NCBI GenBank assembly: GCA_002633005.1
Contig: NMRA01000600.1
Coordinates: forward strand, 107,342-171,341
DNA: 64,000 bases
Direction: 5' to 3'
Source: Phoronis australis
Lineage: Eukaryota > Animalia > Phoronida
Shown here: positions 14,281 through 25,325 of the stretch, one piece after another
Position numbering within the stretch: position 1 is the stretch's first letter
How the letters are laid out: every line of letters begins with the position of its first letter
Program-made: the position numbers and the translations under genes
Notes under the pieces: generated by a model
The model's database searches: none
The model's input: only the letters and a program-made list of their open reading frames with translations
What the model was told of the DNA's origin: nothing

Positions 14281-15179
14281 GCAACGTAAAATGTATCAAT
14301 GACGTAAAATGTAACAGTTGTTACATTTTACGAAATCGTATCAAAACCTCCAGACGGCATCAGGCCCTGCGTGAAAACAAATAGCCACACCATGGCGGGA
14401 TCAGGGAGGAATGTGTTTGAACCTGGCATAAAAATGTGGACTTGCTGGATAATCGAGCTAGCACGTATCTGTGGCCAACGCTTGGTTTAAAGTCTCGCGC
14501 GGCATGCATTAGCCATATCGCCATCTTCAACCTTGAAAAAGTCTCGCCAGGGGATAGCCATCACTAATTGTCGTAAATGATTATCTTGTTTTTCCAGCCG
14601 TCCCGTTGGAAGTACCCACAACTATGTCCTCACGGATTCAGGAAAGGTAAGTCAGAATTGCATCATCTATGTTTTCATAACTACATGTATTATTTACGCA
14701 ATCTCCTCCGAAACTCAAACGTCCGTGATAATTGCATTGTTTATCGGGTACATGTAGCATTTTATGATTTACATGTATCAGAATGGGTGATTGGCAATTT
14801 CACCGCCGGCATCGCCAGAAGCTTCGGTCGTCACGGACGCCATGAACATCGATTGTTTATCGCTGTTTTTTCTCGTAAATTACAATCTAATATTTTACTC
14901 ACAGTTGCTGGAAGTTTGGGCAAACTTTTAAAAACCGCTTTCGAAACCTTTGGCACGCAAATTTCACAAACTATTTGTAATTCGCAGTTGAAGCGTAGTG
15001 CGTTTTCGTCCTTCCACCGGGCTTTCCACGTTCGATTTGGATGAAACCCGAAGTTGACGAAGCACCATTTTGTACCCTTTTCACTAACACATACATGTAC
15101 ACGTACTGTTGAAATAAGTTTGGAATATGATGGCTGCATGTACTTTACGTCGGGTTGTACTACAATTTGACATTACTGT

Positions 15180-15447
15180 ACTGTTCTGGGGGATCCTCTC
15201 GAGAAGCACAGGGAGGTACGGATGTGACGCTGTGGCGTCAAAATCCAGACCAACGCCATATACATGTACACATATCTGGGCAGATGACAGAATATTCACC
15301 TGAAGCAATACCAATGATGTAAATTCCTTCAACACATATCAATTTTGATAGACAATAAGTCACGTGAAGCACAACTTTACGGTGTCTGAGGCCCGGGAAC
15401 GTAATGGCGACACAGCACAAAATTCTTGAACGGATACAATGACGCAA
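15180..15447 (-). pseudogene. Possible signal-peptide exon plus LRR N-cap pseudo-exon
   Basis: RILCCVAITFPGLRH, then an 81-nt gt..ag phase-1 intron (15380-15300), then EYSVICPDMCTCIWRWSGF*RHSVTSVPP. Confidence 0.3.
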
Positions 15448-16935
15448 GACTGAGAGCTCTTTATAGAAGGAGTGTCTACCGTCTGTCTCGGCGTTTGTGC
15501 CGGTTGGATTCGTAGCTGGTTTCTCTGAAATTTGTTCCTTGCCAATGGTATGACAAGTTCTCAGTCAAAAAGCATTGACCCGATGATTCCACTCATTTTA
15601 CTCACCCGAGACAATATCTGGAAATAACCAGATACCTACCCGAAACGATATCTCAAATCAAATTACCTACCGACACATCATACAGTATGAGTGTGCCAAA
15701 ATACTCATCCGAGTAGGCGGCATATCCCTTCTCACCCATTCTCTGGGGGGACCCCCATGCGTCACTTGCGCTGTTGTTTGTTTAACTACGATTTCGTTGC
15801 ACCTACACTAGGCCTACAAGTAAGCCAGCTGTTACATTTATGCTCGGAATATGTCCCGAAAATAATAGGTGCGTCGCAAGCTCTGTTTCCAGAGATACAA
15901 AAGAGACGGTGTATAGGCGAATATAAGGTCATTTATTATGACTGATAAGGTAAAGAAATATGAGTGTACAAATAACATAAAAATAAAATAATAATCTCTG
16001 GAAAAATGAAGAGAGATTAGCTCGAACCTAAGTGCTGCAAAGCGAAGTACAGATGGCACGAAATATAACTTTCTTGAGAACAAAGGAGCCTTATGACACG
16101 TGACAATCATCAGCCTATGGGAGCCAGGAGCTGACCGAACTCGTGGCAGTAATACAAACGAACCAATAGTGAGGCTGGAAATGGAATGTCCTAGTGCCTT
16201 GAGTGCAGGAGGACCGCATGCGAATCTACACAAGGGGTTAATGGACCAGTCCGAAAGATGGGGGTATAAGAGGGACGAGTCCATATTCTCGCATAAATAT
16301 ATTTAACGAGTGAAATGTCATTTCCGAAAAATAATTAATTGTACGTTTGTAACCTCGCTCTGTTCTTGGAGCTGTAGTAACTCCTTGTGTTATGAAAGTG
16401 ACGAAGCACATTTGCGAAACAGAGATCGCCAAATATAAGTTATCTCACATAGATAGGAATACTACTACCATATTAAAAATTCATTTCACATGGGAATGTC
16501 CCAACGACACCGAAGGTACATGTAAAATACGGCTTCTACCGTTGAATACGGCCTCTACCGCGGTATACGCCGGTTTGGCTCTACATTCCGTATTCCACAG
16601 TTGATAACGTGACGTATGCAACGTTCATGCAAATTTTCACACATATAAGGACAACATGTGGCTTTCTACAGGTAAGTTATGTTTTGTTCACGTAAATGAT
16701 AATTGCGCAAAAATGGCGCATTAATACCGTAACAAAGTAGGTGCACGCGCGTACGTCGCTCAGGCTCGGCAAAATACCAGAGAACTCCTGTCAAGGTCGC
16801 TGTGTAAAGAACTAGAAAGCGAGTTCCCTATCCCGCGTTTGACTATATTCTTACATGTACTTAGTCACTCGGGATGCACTCCAGTAATTTTGCCAATGGA
16901 CTAATTGGTATAACCACTCTTTAAACAGTCAAAAC

Positions 16936-17928
16936 ATAGGCGGATTTAGGGGGGGCAGGGGGCCCGGACCCCCCCCCCCCTGGCTGCCGCAAAAATAAAA
17001 CAGCAAGAGCGTAGGGAAATGTTGAGTTTATTAATTAACCCCGGTATTTAAAATTACACGGATGAAACAAGATTTAAATGTGTGCAGGTTTAGTGCTTGT
17101 GGGGGGGCTCAGATCCAATTTGAAGTGTCAACTTCGGAACACGGCGTATTCGTAACGGAACTATGGCTAAGTCTAAGGCTCTCCCGCGAAATCCCAGGCG
17201 ACCGGCAGTAGCGCTGCGCAATACGACTCCGTTTCCGTCGTCTGCTCCACTGTTTCATGAAGAAAATTTACTTTATTTTTAAAAAATGGAGCCTGACTGA
17301 CGATGAAAAAACAGAAACTGCTGGTAAGAGGCGAATTTTAATCGAAGCCTTAGTGAATCACTCAAAAACTCATAATTCTCTCTTTGTCCAACCTTAACTT
17401 AGTCTTAAGACAATTTCCAAAGCAATCCCGTCATTATTGCCAACACGAAAAACGGATTTGGTCTTTTGGGCATTTGAAGACTATTTTAAACACAACAAAT
17501 TTGTTAAGAACCGATTGCACAAAATATAAAACGTGTAATAAGCATTACGAAAAGAAGTAGGTTTCGCGCGCAAACGCTGTGGACCATAAACAAGTAGGTC
17601 TCTTAGTATACGATTAGTAGTGAAATCGTGGTGGTGTAGTGGTAAAGCACGCGCGCTCGTTCCGCCACGTCGTCAGTTCGATTCCGTGGTATTTGCTGTT
17701 TTTCTTGTTTGACACGTTCTTCGTCTGTTTTATTTTTTTTTTTGCCTTTTTTTTAATAATACTTTAGGAATCAAGGAAAATGCTTGATTTTTAGAGGAAC
17801 AGAAAAATTTCCTGGGCGGGACCTCCCCCCATTCGTTGTTTTGCTCATCTACAATCGTGGTTTGCGCAAATGCTTACAGCCGGACAAAATGTTGGGTCCC
17901 CCTTGTGATATCGTAGATCCGCCACTGC
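16936..17928. mobile_element. GGCGGAT-type MITE or composite; related ends at 5615, 7990, 22973, 31577, 39151, 45883, 48950 and 60109
   Basis: CATAGGCGGATTTAG-polyG at the left end and GTAGATCCGCCACTG at the right end. Confidence 0.6.
17626..17692 (+). mobile_element. tRNA-derived (SINE-like) head
   Basis: A-box TGGTGTAGTGG at 17632 and B-box GTTCGATTCC at 17676. No convincing cloverleaf. Confidence 0.55.
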
Positions 17929-19369
17929 AAAAATCATTTTTAAATCACCTCAAAAACACGAGACACTAGGTTGCAAGCTGGTAGCAATACAGGTAGATTG
18001 GCATATCCATTGTTCACTTTGTTTTTCTTTGTTATAATTAAAGATAATGAAAGCATTTGTCAGTAAACGACTGATGTGCGCCCAATGAACGATATCCAGG
18101 CGACCTGTATTGTTATATCCAACATAGACGCATCAAAGAAAAAAATGATAGTGTCCCATAGGCGATAAACATCCGACGTGCTTACGCCCGTTACATGGAT
18201 TCACAAGATAAACAATAACTTGCGACTTCCATATGACGTCATTTGCCGCGGGTTCCCTTTATAAAATATGCAGAAAAGCGGATCCTTTGTAGATACAAAA
18301 AGATCAACTTTGCTATGGGATCTGGCCGTGATAACCATCCCATCTAAGAGACATTTTCGATATAAACTGAGTTGAGCCTAGGCTACTGCCTTTCCCGGTG
18401 TTAGTGTCATTGCATACCGTAGGGTATGAAGACGTCCACATCGAACAAGACACCATTAGGCATCATACAGTTAAACCCGAATAACACACTGAAATTACAA
18501 GTGAAGATGAAGTCGTAACATGGTAGAAACATGTGAAATTCCAACATTTATCAACTGTGTTGCAATACAGAGACATTTAGCGGTACAAATTAGAGTCATG
18601 CTTTCCAGGAGACCTAAGAAGAAAGGGACATTCATCCCTAAGTTATGGTAAGAAAACTAATTCGTAAAAACTACATGTTACATGTTTAACCAATGTGCTA
18701 CAATAACACGTGTCCATAGGGTGATACAGGCTGCACTGGACCAAAATCAGAATGTCTGAGACTTGCATGGTGTCATCTTAAAACCTACAGAAAATTCAAA
18801 GGGATACCAAACCCGGTTGTGGCATATTAACTAACATTAGAAACGATTTCCCCTTCCAAATCTCTGAAACAAAGCAATAGTCCAAACCCTCTACTACCAT
18901 AAATGGGGTAAAGTTTAAAAACTCCTTTCATAGTCTGCTAAAGCGACGACGTCACCAACGTGTTTAGCGAATTACACGACAACTGTGGGGAAAGACTATC
19001 CTGCAGGAACTAGAATCCGATATGTGACTGAGGGCGTATGAATTTTTAGTCGGTCCCTACTTTTATCGTCCAAGCTGACGCCGATGATACATCCTCAGCG
19101 GGTGATACGAGGATTGGTTGAAATCATCATACCACGGTTTCGTATCCCTTTAACATCTATCAGATTGCCTGAACAACGTCATCACACTTCTTTATAGGTC
19201 TTTTAGAAATTTGTCCTTCTGAAAACCTAACATCGGCAACTAGAGGTATCATTAGCCTCACGTTCAGTAACGCTTGGGCCTCGCTAAAAAAGCAAGACTT
19301 CGCGAGATTACGTGTGATATTGCCGTGTATTTTAAATGAGAATATGTGACTTTGTCTAGATTTTAGCTT

Positions 19370-20050
19370 GAATTATCCACTTCTTGAACCATGCCTTCAA
19401 TGGAGCCTTGGTGCTTTGGTTGTTGTGACGGGTGCGTTCTGCATACTACCTGGCTAAGACCAGTCGGATAGGGCTTGGTGCATAGCACCAGTATCTTGAT
19501 TTTTGTCTTCGTGGGGGGGCGCAATTGCATCTCATCGGATATAATCGCATAGCTTACATTCCATTCCAAGACACTCTTCAATGTTTCCTACAGCGGAGAG
19601 GTGTGTAACGTTCACGTGCATTGTTTGTCCTCACAGACGGGTCACGACTATACTGTATTCAACATCCTAAGAGACATTTCCAGCGACGTCATCGTGTGGG
19701 TCTCTCTCGACTGTCACTTATTCCAGTGTTATCATGTATGGATTGCCAGATTCCAATAGCACATTGCGCTTACTCTGTGCTTCGGAAATTGCTACTTGTT
19801 TCAGGTGCTAGAGTTGCTGAATCGGATAATACGGAACATTCTTTATCACGGAGACAATATGGTGTACAGCCACTTAAACTCATCTGTGTCATGACATGAA
19901 ACTTTCCCATTCCAAATACTTTCGTGGCAAATTAGCTAACCGGTGTCAGGTTCATCAAGTGATGCACTCCACAACCTTTTTTTGAAGAACTGTGGTAAAT
20001 GGCAGACTGTCGTATGAAACACTGCTCAGGGTGTGAGCTCATCCGTCCGC
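19370..20050 (-). pseudogene. Highly decayed Gypsy-type integrase remnant
   Basis: LKSV...IISD...HPSQQPKHQGSIEGMVQEV resembles the rve motifs SDNG and PxxPQSNGxxERxxxxVK. Confidence 0.45.
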
Positions 20051-21806
20051 AAGATGGGGCTACGTGCACCTTTACTGTTGACGGACACAATACATGTATG
20101 AGTACACAGTACATGTAGCCGCGACTGGCTACAGGGATAAGTTAAAAGCCGTTTGCATAACACACTTTATTATTTAGTTGCAAGCGATGAAAAGTGTCCG
20201 AACAAGCGTTGAAAAGGAGAAACCGAAAAAGCGGTTATCTGTAATGAAGAAAAACACACGGCAGTCTGAGTACTCGGCAAGCAAGCATATTTAACAAGCA
20301 CTATAACCAAGAGCGTTAGAAAGACTCGCGACAATGACTCTATGACAAGGCAAATTCTACATGTACCTCGCTAACAATACACAATTAACTGGAACCCGTA
20401 CTATCTATTCTACTACTGGAAACCATTACCATGCACAAACAACTGCCTAACTGCGACCCGTAACTATTTATTCTATAAACCGGGTACCGCGCAATATATA
20501 CGCCAAACAAGCAGCTGGATGAAACTATACGTCAAACAAAAATATACACGCTCTGAACTTAGCTAGTAGATACACACGAGTACAACATGCTATGTCATAA
20601 TACTCAGTACTTACAACAATTTGGCCAACAGTCTGTGCTTAATATAAAAGTTCCAGCATCCGAGGAAAACACATGATTCGCGTTACAGATCTTGCCAACG
20701 AATGCTGCTGTACACGAGAAACGCTAGTCACCAAAACCCAAGTAACATACAGAGTCTAATACGTAACAAGAACCGGCCGGTCAAGCTACTATTAGACTAT
20801 GCAAATGCTATTGTAGCCACTGGAAAGAACCGGCTTACTAAAAGAAACCCAATCACAACGGCGAAAGATGTACTGCTACCTATAAAGAAAATAAACAGCG
20901 TGATATGTAAACAAAACACAATAACCAATGACAAAAATGATGCAGGGCATCAACAGTGCCTCAGGTATGTTTCAGCTTCCCGTTTGATTTTGAGCAATGA
21001 TCAGCGCTGAATTTAATATTCCTGATCACTACTCTGGTTAATTTTATTTCCGCATTTTTATAATTAAATCAACAAACTGGTAACCAACATTTTAACTGAC
21101 CTACCCCTAAGAAATGAGGTCGATGCCTGAGAGAGCTGAGTTTAACGTAACAGCATAACTCTCAGTTCACCGGAAGTCCATGGAGACTCCTCTGGTGAAA
21201 ATAGAAGAGAGCGTCACTTGACAAATCATCAAAGAAAATCTATTAATGACTCACGCATTTAAAATCCTCACAAAGTACATGAGCAAGGGTAACCAAGGTT
21301 AGGTACATTTTGGTTTACCAAGTGAATAAAAATTATGCATCATTTTATCCATCTCAGGTGGATTTTCTTTTTTGAGTAAATGAGCAACTAAAAATACTGC
21401 ATCACGGCCTCAATTTTCAAAAAAAAAAACACTGGCCGAGATCAGCTAAGATTTTTCCTCAACAATACTCAAAGTGGTTTGAACAGTTTTCCCACATGAC
21501 CTAAAATACAGACTTAAAATAGCCATAATATTCAAAACTGAGGATAGTCCTCGCATGTAGGCCTACAATGGGTTGGAAACTTCCGTCTAACGGCGATTAT
21601 TTCCTGCGCAAAATGAGATTCGTTTTAAAGAATGAGAAAGGTATAAAAAATTTCACTAAATGATTTTAGTTTTATTTGCGGATAAAAGTTACGATTTATC
21701 TTCACATATAGATATAGTCTGGTTGAACACGACACGGTACACTTAAGGAAATAACCTTCTTGAATCCAGCTCTGTTGTCTAATCTTAATGTATATTTCCT
21801 TTTCAG

Positions 21807-22172
21807 TAAACTCCAGTGGCCGTTTTTGATTGTGGGGGGCGTGTTCGTCCTCGGAATGTGTTATCAATACAAATATACTTTAAGTGGCGACAATGGTTCA
21901 ATCAATGTCGTAGAGCCACGTATGGTCACAAGTGACAGCATTGTACATGAAAACTGGACATCACACAGACCACGTATACCTGTACAGCACACGACGTCAA
22001 TGCCGTCCACGGCGCACGTCACTTTTGTGTACCTCACACAGACCGCTGAATGTTTATCATCGTACCACCTTAGAGCTGACATGATGGGCAGTCCCCAAGA
22101 TTGCCGCTGTGTCGTGGTCGTCTTATCGTACACAACACCGTGTACAAAGAATTCGTCGTTTTCACACGTCCG
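21807..22172 (+). CDS. Gene A internal coding exon: TM anchor, stem and start of the catalytic domain of a putative type II membrane GT-A glycosyltransferase-like protein
   Basis: Acceptor tttccttttcag|T and donor CG|gtaggt. Encodes KLQWPFLIVGGVFVLGMCYQY...VTFVYLTQTAECL...CRCVVVVLSY. The phase-2 end joins in frame to the exon at 30059. Paralogous exon at 50384-50731 has identical splice positions. Confidence 0.88.
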
Positions 22173-22972
22173 GTAGGTTCCAGTTCTGTGGCAGTGGTCA
22201 TTTAAAGTCATATGATCCGTTTTTAGACGTTTTAAAAACATCATGAATTTGCTTAAAAACCGTTGAAACATATTCTCTGACACTCATTTGGAACTTTTCG
22301 TAGGTATGGGGTCGACCTGCTGCCTGTACATATTTTTTCTTTTGTTTTTCTATTTTCTTAAAATCTGCGTGATCAAAACAAACGCATGTTTCCCATAATG
22401 CTGTGCGGCAACTCGAGACAAATAGTCAGCTGTTTCCGGTACTGCTTCGAAGAAGAGAAGTTCGCCTTAACCAGGTAATTTATTCGTTTCTTAAACATTT
22501 TGATGACGACATTGCTCCCTGTATGAGCTGAACAGTCTAACTATTAATCTTAGAATTAGATGAAACCATTACCTGTGGGAAAATTACGTACTGAATTCGA
22601 TAGTAATCGTTGTGCTCTAGTCGATTCTGCAGCGGTACCCCAGCCAGCCAGCTAGCGGTATCAAAATACAGCCAGGTACCACTGTGTGTTTTTCTTCAAT
22701 AATCCCCGAAATTCACACAGCCAGAGTAGTATATTTAGTATACAGATTTGTACCAAGGCTAGCCATAGCCCTAGGCCTATCAATGCTGTGACTGAAAAAG
22801 AGTGTGATGTTATTGTGGTTGGATAGACCCTGTTTGTCACTCGATGGTCGTGAGTTGAATTTCTACCTCCTGGCAGTTTTCAGACTTTGGACTTGAATTG
22901 CAAAATTATTCGCCATAAGAAAAGCATCGTCTATCACCAGGGACTCTATAATCTACTTGTATATTGTACTAG

Positions 22973-23130
22973 CAGGGGCACATTGACGGATTTAAGGGAG
23001 CCAAGGGTCCAATGGGGGCCATGCCCCCCCTTAAAATTCTCCCAGATACCATTTGGCAGTTCGGGGTGCGAATTGCTGACTAGCACATGCCCCTTGAACA
23101 AACCCTGTTTACTGTTTNAATCCACCACTG
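22973..23130. mobile_element. MITE in gene A intron with apparent 5-bp TSD
   Basis: CAGGGG...CCACTG flanked by ACTAG on both sides. Contains an N at 23118. Confidence 0.55.
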
Positions 23131-25121
23131 ACTAGTCAGCTAGCTAGTCCACTTGAACACAAACCACTGGATCAGCGATGAAGCCTCGGATGGAATGCAA
23201 GCAAACTTGGGAAGTGCTGGTAGGCTGAAGCTTGTTGCGAGAAAAGTGAGATCATACAAAACCATAGTTGGGAATGGGATGCAACAAATTTGATGCCTGT
23301 TATTCAGTGAAGAAATCTGGTTCTCAAATTGCAGGACACTGGGAGTGGTCACATCATTACAGAACAATATAATATGCATGGGACCTCCTCAAAGGCAAAA
23401 GGTATAAGCCAAAGGCAGATTAGTAGGAGCTTTAATAAAGGTCGAGCAGGTTACATCTTGTATTATCAGTGGTATGGTCTCCATTGGGTAAATAAAGGGC
23501 TAGGGACAGGGGAAGGTTAATGACAGTGCTTGGTTTTAACTAATGTACCCTTTCTTGGAATTTGAGTGTGCGACTAGTCCCTTAAAGACTCACTTTATCA
23601 AAAACACAATCCATCAGTTTACATGGCAGAGGGCCTAAAGAGTGCTTCGAAAATCATCTATCCCCCTTGAATGTCAGCTGTTACAGACTCCTAGCATCAG
23701 GAACTAAATTTAAATAGTCTCGAAACAGCTACATGTAGAACACTGAAGTTTCAATTTCAGGTACACTCACACTTTTGCGAAAATGTGTATCCTGTGGAAT
23801 GTATTGATCAATGTTATCTATGTACTGCTCAGATTGGCATTTTATGTGATTACCATGTTTTTAAAGGTTCATCGTAGTGTGCATCACCACTTCACGAACT
23901 ATAACAACAATACTTAAGCAACAGTGTCCACATGATTGGAGTACTGAGCCATGTGTAGAGGAATAGGCATACATGTAGGTGGCAATTGATGTTCGGTCTC
24001 TTCACATGCAGGTATACTTGGAACTCTCGTTTCTTAACTCAATAGAACCGATTCTACAAAACTTTTGTGTTATCAAGTCATTCTTATTGTTTTCTTTCTT
24101 CAGTAATCACACAAGTTTAATAGGTAACAAAACTGAAAACCTGTAATAAAATACATTTGCTGTGTATCACTAAAATATGCCACATAAAATACTGAAAATT
24201 ATACAGTTTTAAAACTTCATTGATAATAGACCACTGGCTTTTTGAAGAACAACAACCAGTTTGCAGCTATGCTGACACCAATAAGAATGTTGTTGAAAAC
24301 AATATTCCTCTTCATGTAGAGGTCATGTTTAAACTACAACTCAAAAGTAATGTGGTTTGATTTTTTCAGCCTCACATAAGTATTTATGAGGATGAGGGCA
24401 TTGTATTCAATTTGCTGTGTCCATACTCACTGGGGTGGTGGGTATCACCAACTGTGATTGTCATCAGGGTGTTCCGGTGGCAGATGCTGAGGAGTGTCCA
24501 CTACACTGAAAAGATCTATAAGAAGCAACCTGTCACCTGGATTTTGCTTATGCCTGTGAGTATTGTGGAAATCCAGTAAAGCACCCTCATTATGCACACA
24601 TGTGACTCTGTGAAAGAAAACACTGTTGACATGGCACTTGTAATAACCTTTATCATTTTCCTTCAAAAGCTCTGGCTAAAGAGATTTGGTCTTGCACTCA
24701 ACATAAATGTTTCAGACAAATATCCAAAACTCAATTTAGCAAATAAATAAATTATCTGAAAATAGGCTCATAATTGTTACTGATTGAGAAAATGTGATTA
24801 AGTTATTTCCAGGCTATTAGGTATTAATGATAACTGGACTAAACCTTTACTTGGCAATTTTGATGTGGAAACATTTTGACGGTCCTGACAGTACCCCTGT
24901 GACATGAATATTCATTAAAGATTATCTTTGGATTCTTGGCAGGTTCATGATAAGGTCCGGTTTTAGTCAAACTAAACAAAAGACATCAAAACACATTCCT
25001 TATTTGAGTTTTGTTTATTGTTTATCTGAAATTTAAGTACAAATACCAAAATAGCCATAACAATGGATTGCCTACAGTACATTCTATAAGGTATGTATAC
25101 ATATATTTTTTCAGTAAGACA

Positions 25122-25325
25122 TGGAAAAATGTCGCAAACAGTTTGTCCCGTCAGGAGGCCATATTTTTGGTCACATCACGTGACCTAATGAATATCATTC
25201 CAAAAAGATTTCTACCCGGCCCGTTCCTGTCTAGGGCAGAAATCTTTTCGGACTTACATTCATTAGGTCACGTGATGTGACCAAAAAGATGGCGTGCTGA
25301 CGGAACAAACTGTTCGCATTCTCTA
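25122..25325. mobile_element. Palindromic MITE (long hairpin) in gene A intron
   Basis: ~80-bp arms that include the perfect core tttttggtcacatcacgtgacctaatgaat and its reverse complement. Confidence 0.85.

Larger units (their letters stand above)
10029..14365. mobile_element. Foldback-like DNA element with ~180-bp modular TIRs built of GTAAAATGTAACA motifs
   Basis: Left arm 10029-10207. Right arm 12945-13067 plus 14281-14365, split by a nested insertion. No TSD recognised. Confidence 0.75.

Noticed and set aside
17626-17692. Functional tRNA gene
   Set aside because: A and B boxes are present, but the acceptor and anticodon stems do not pair and it is embedded in a repeat.
24445-24666. Ig-like motif DKGYYKC in a minus-strand ORF
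   Set aside because: No upstream Cys/Trp of an Ig fold and no supporting exons; probably chance.
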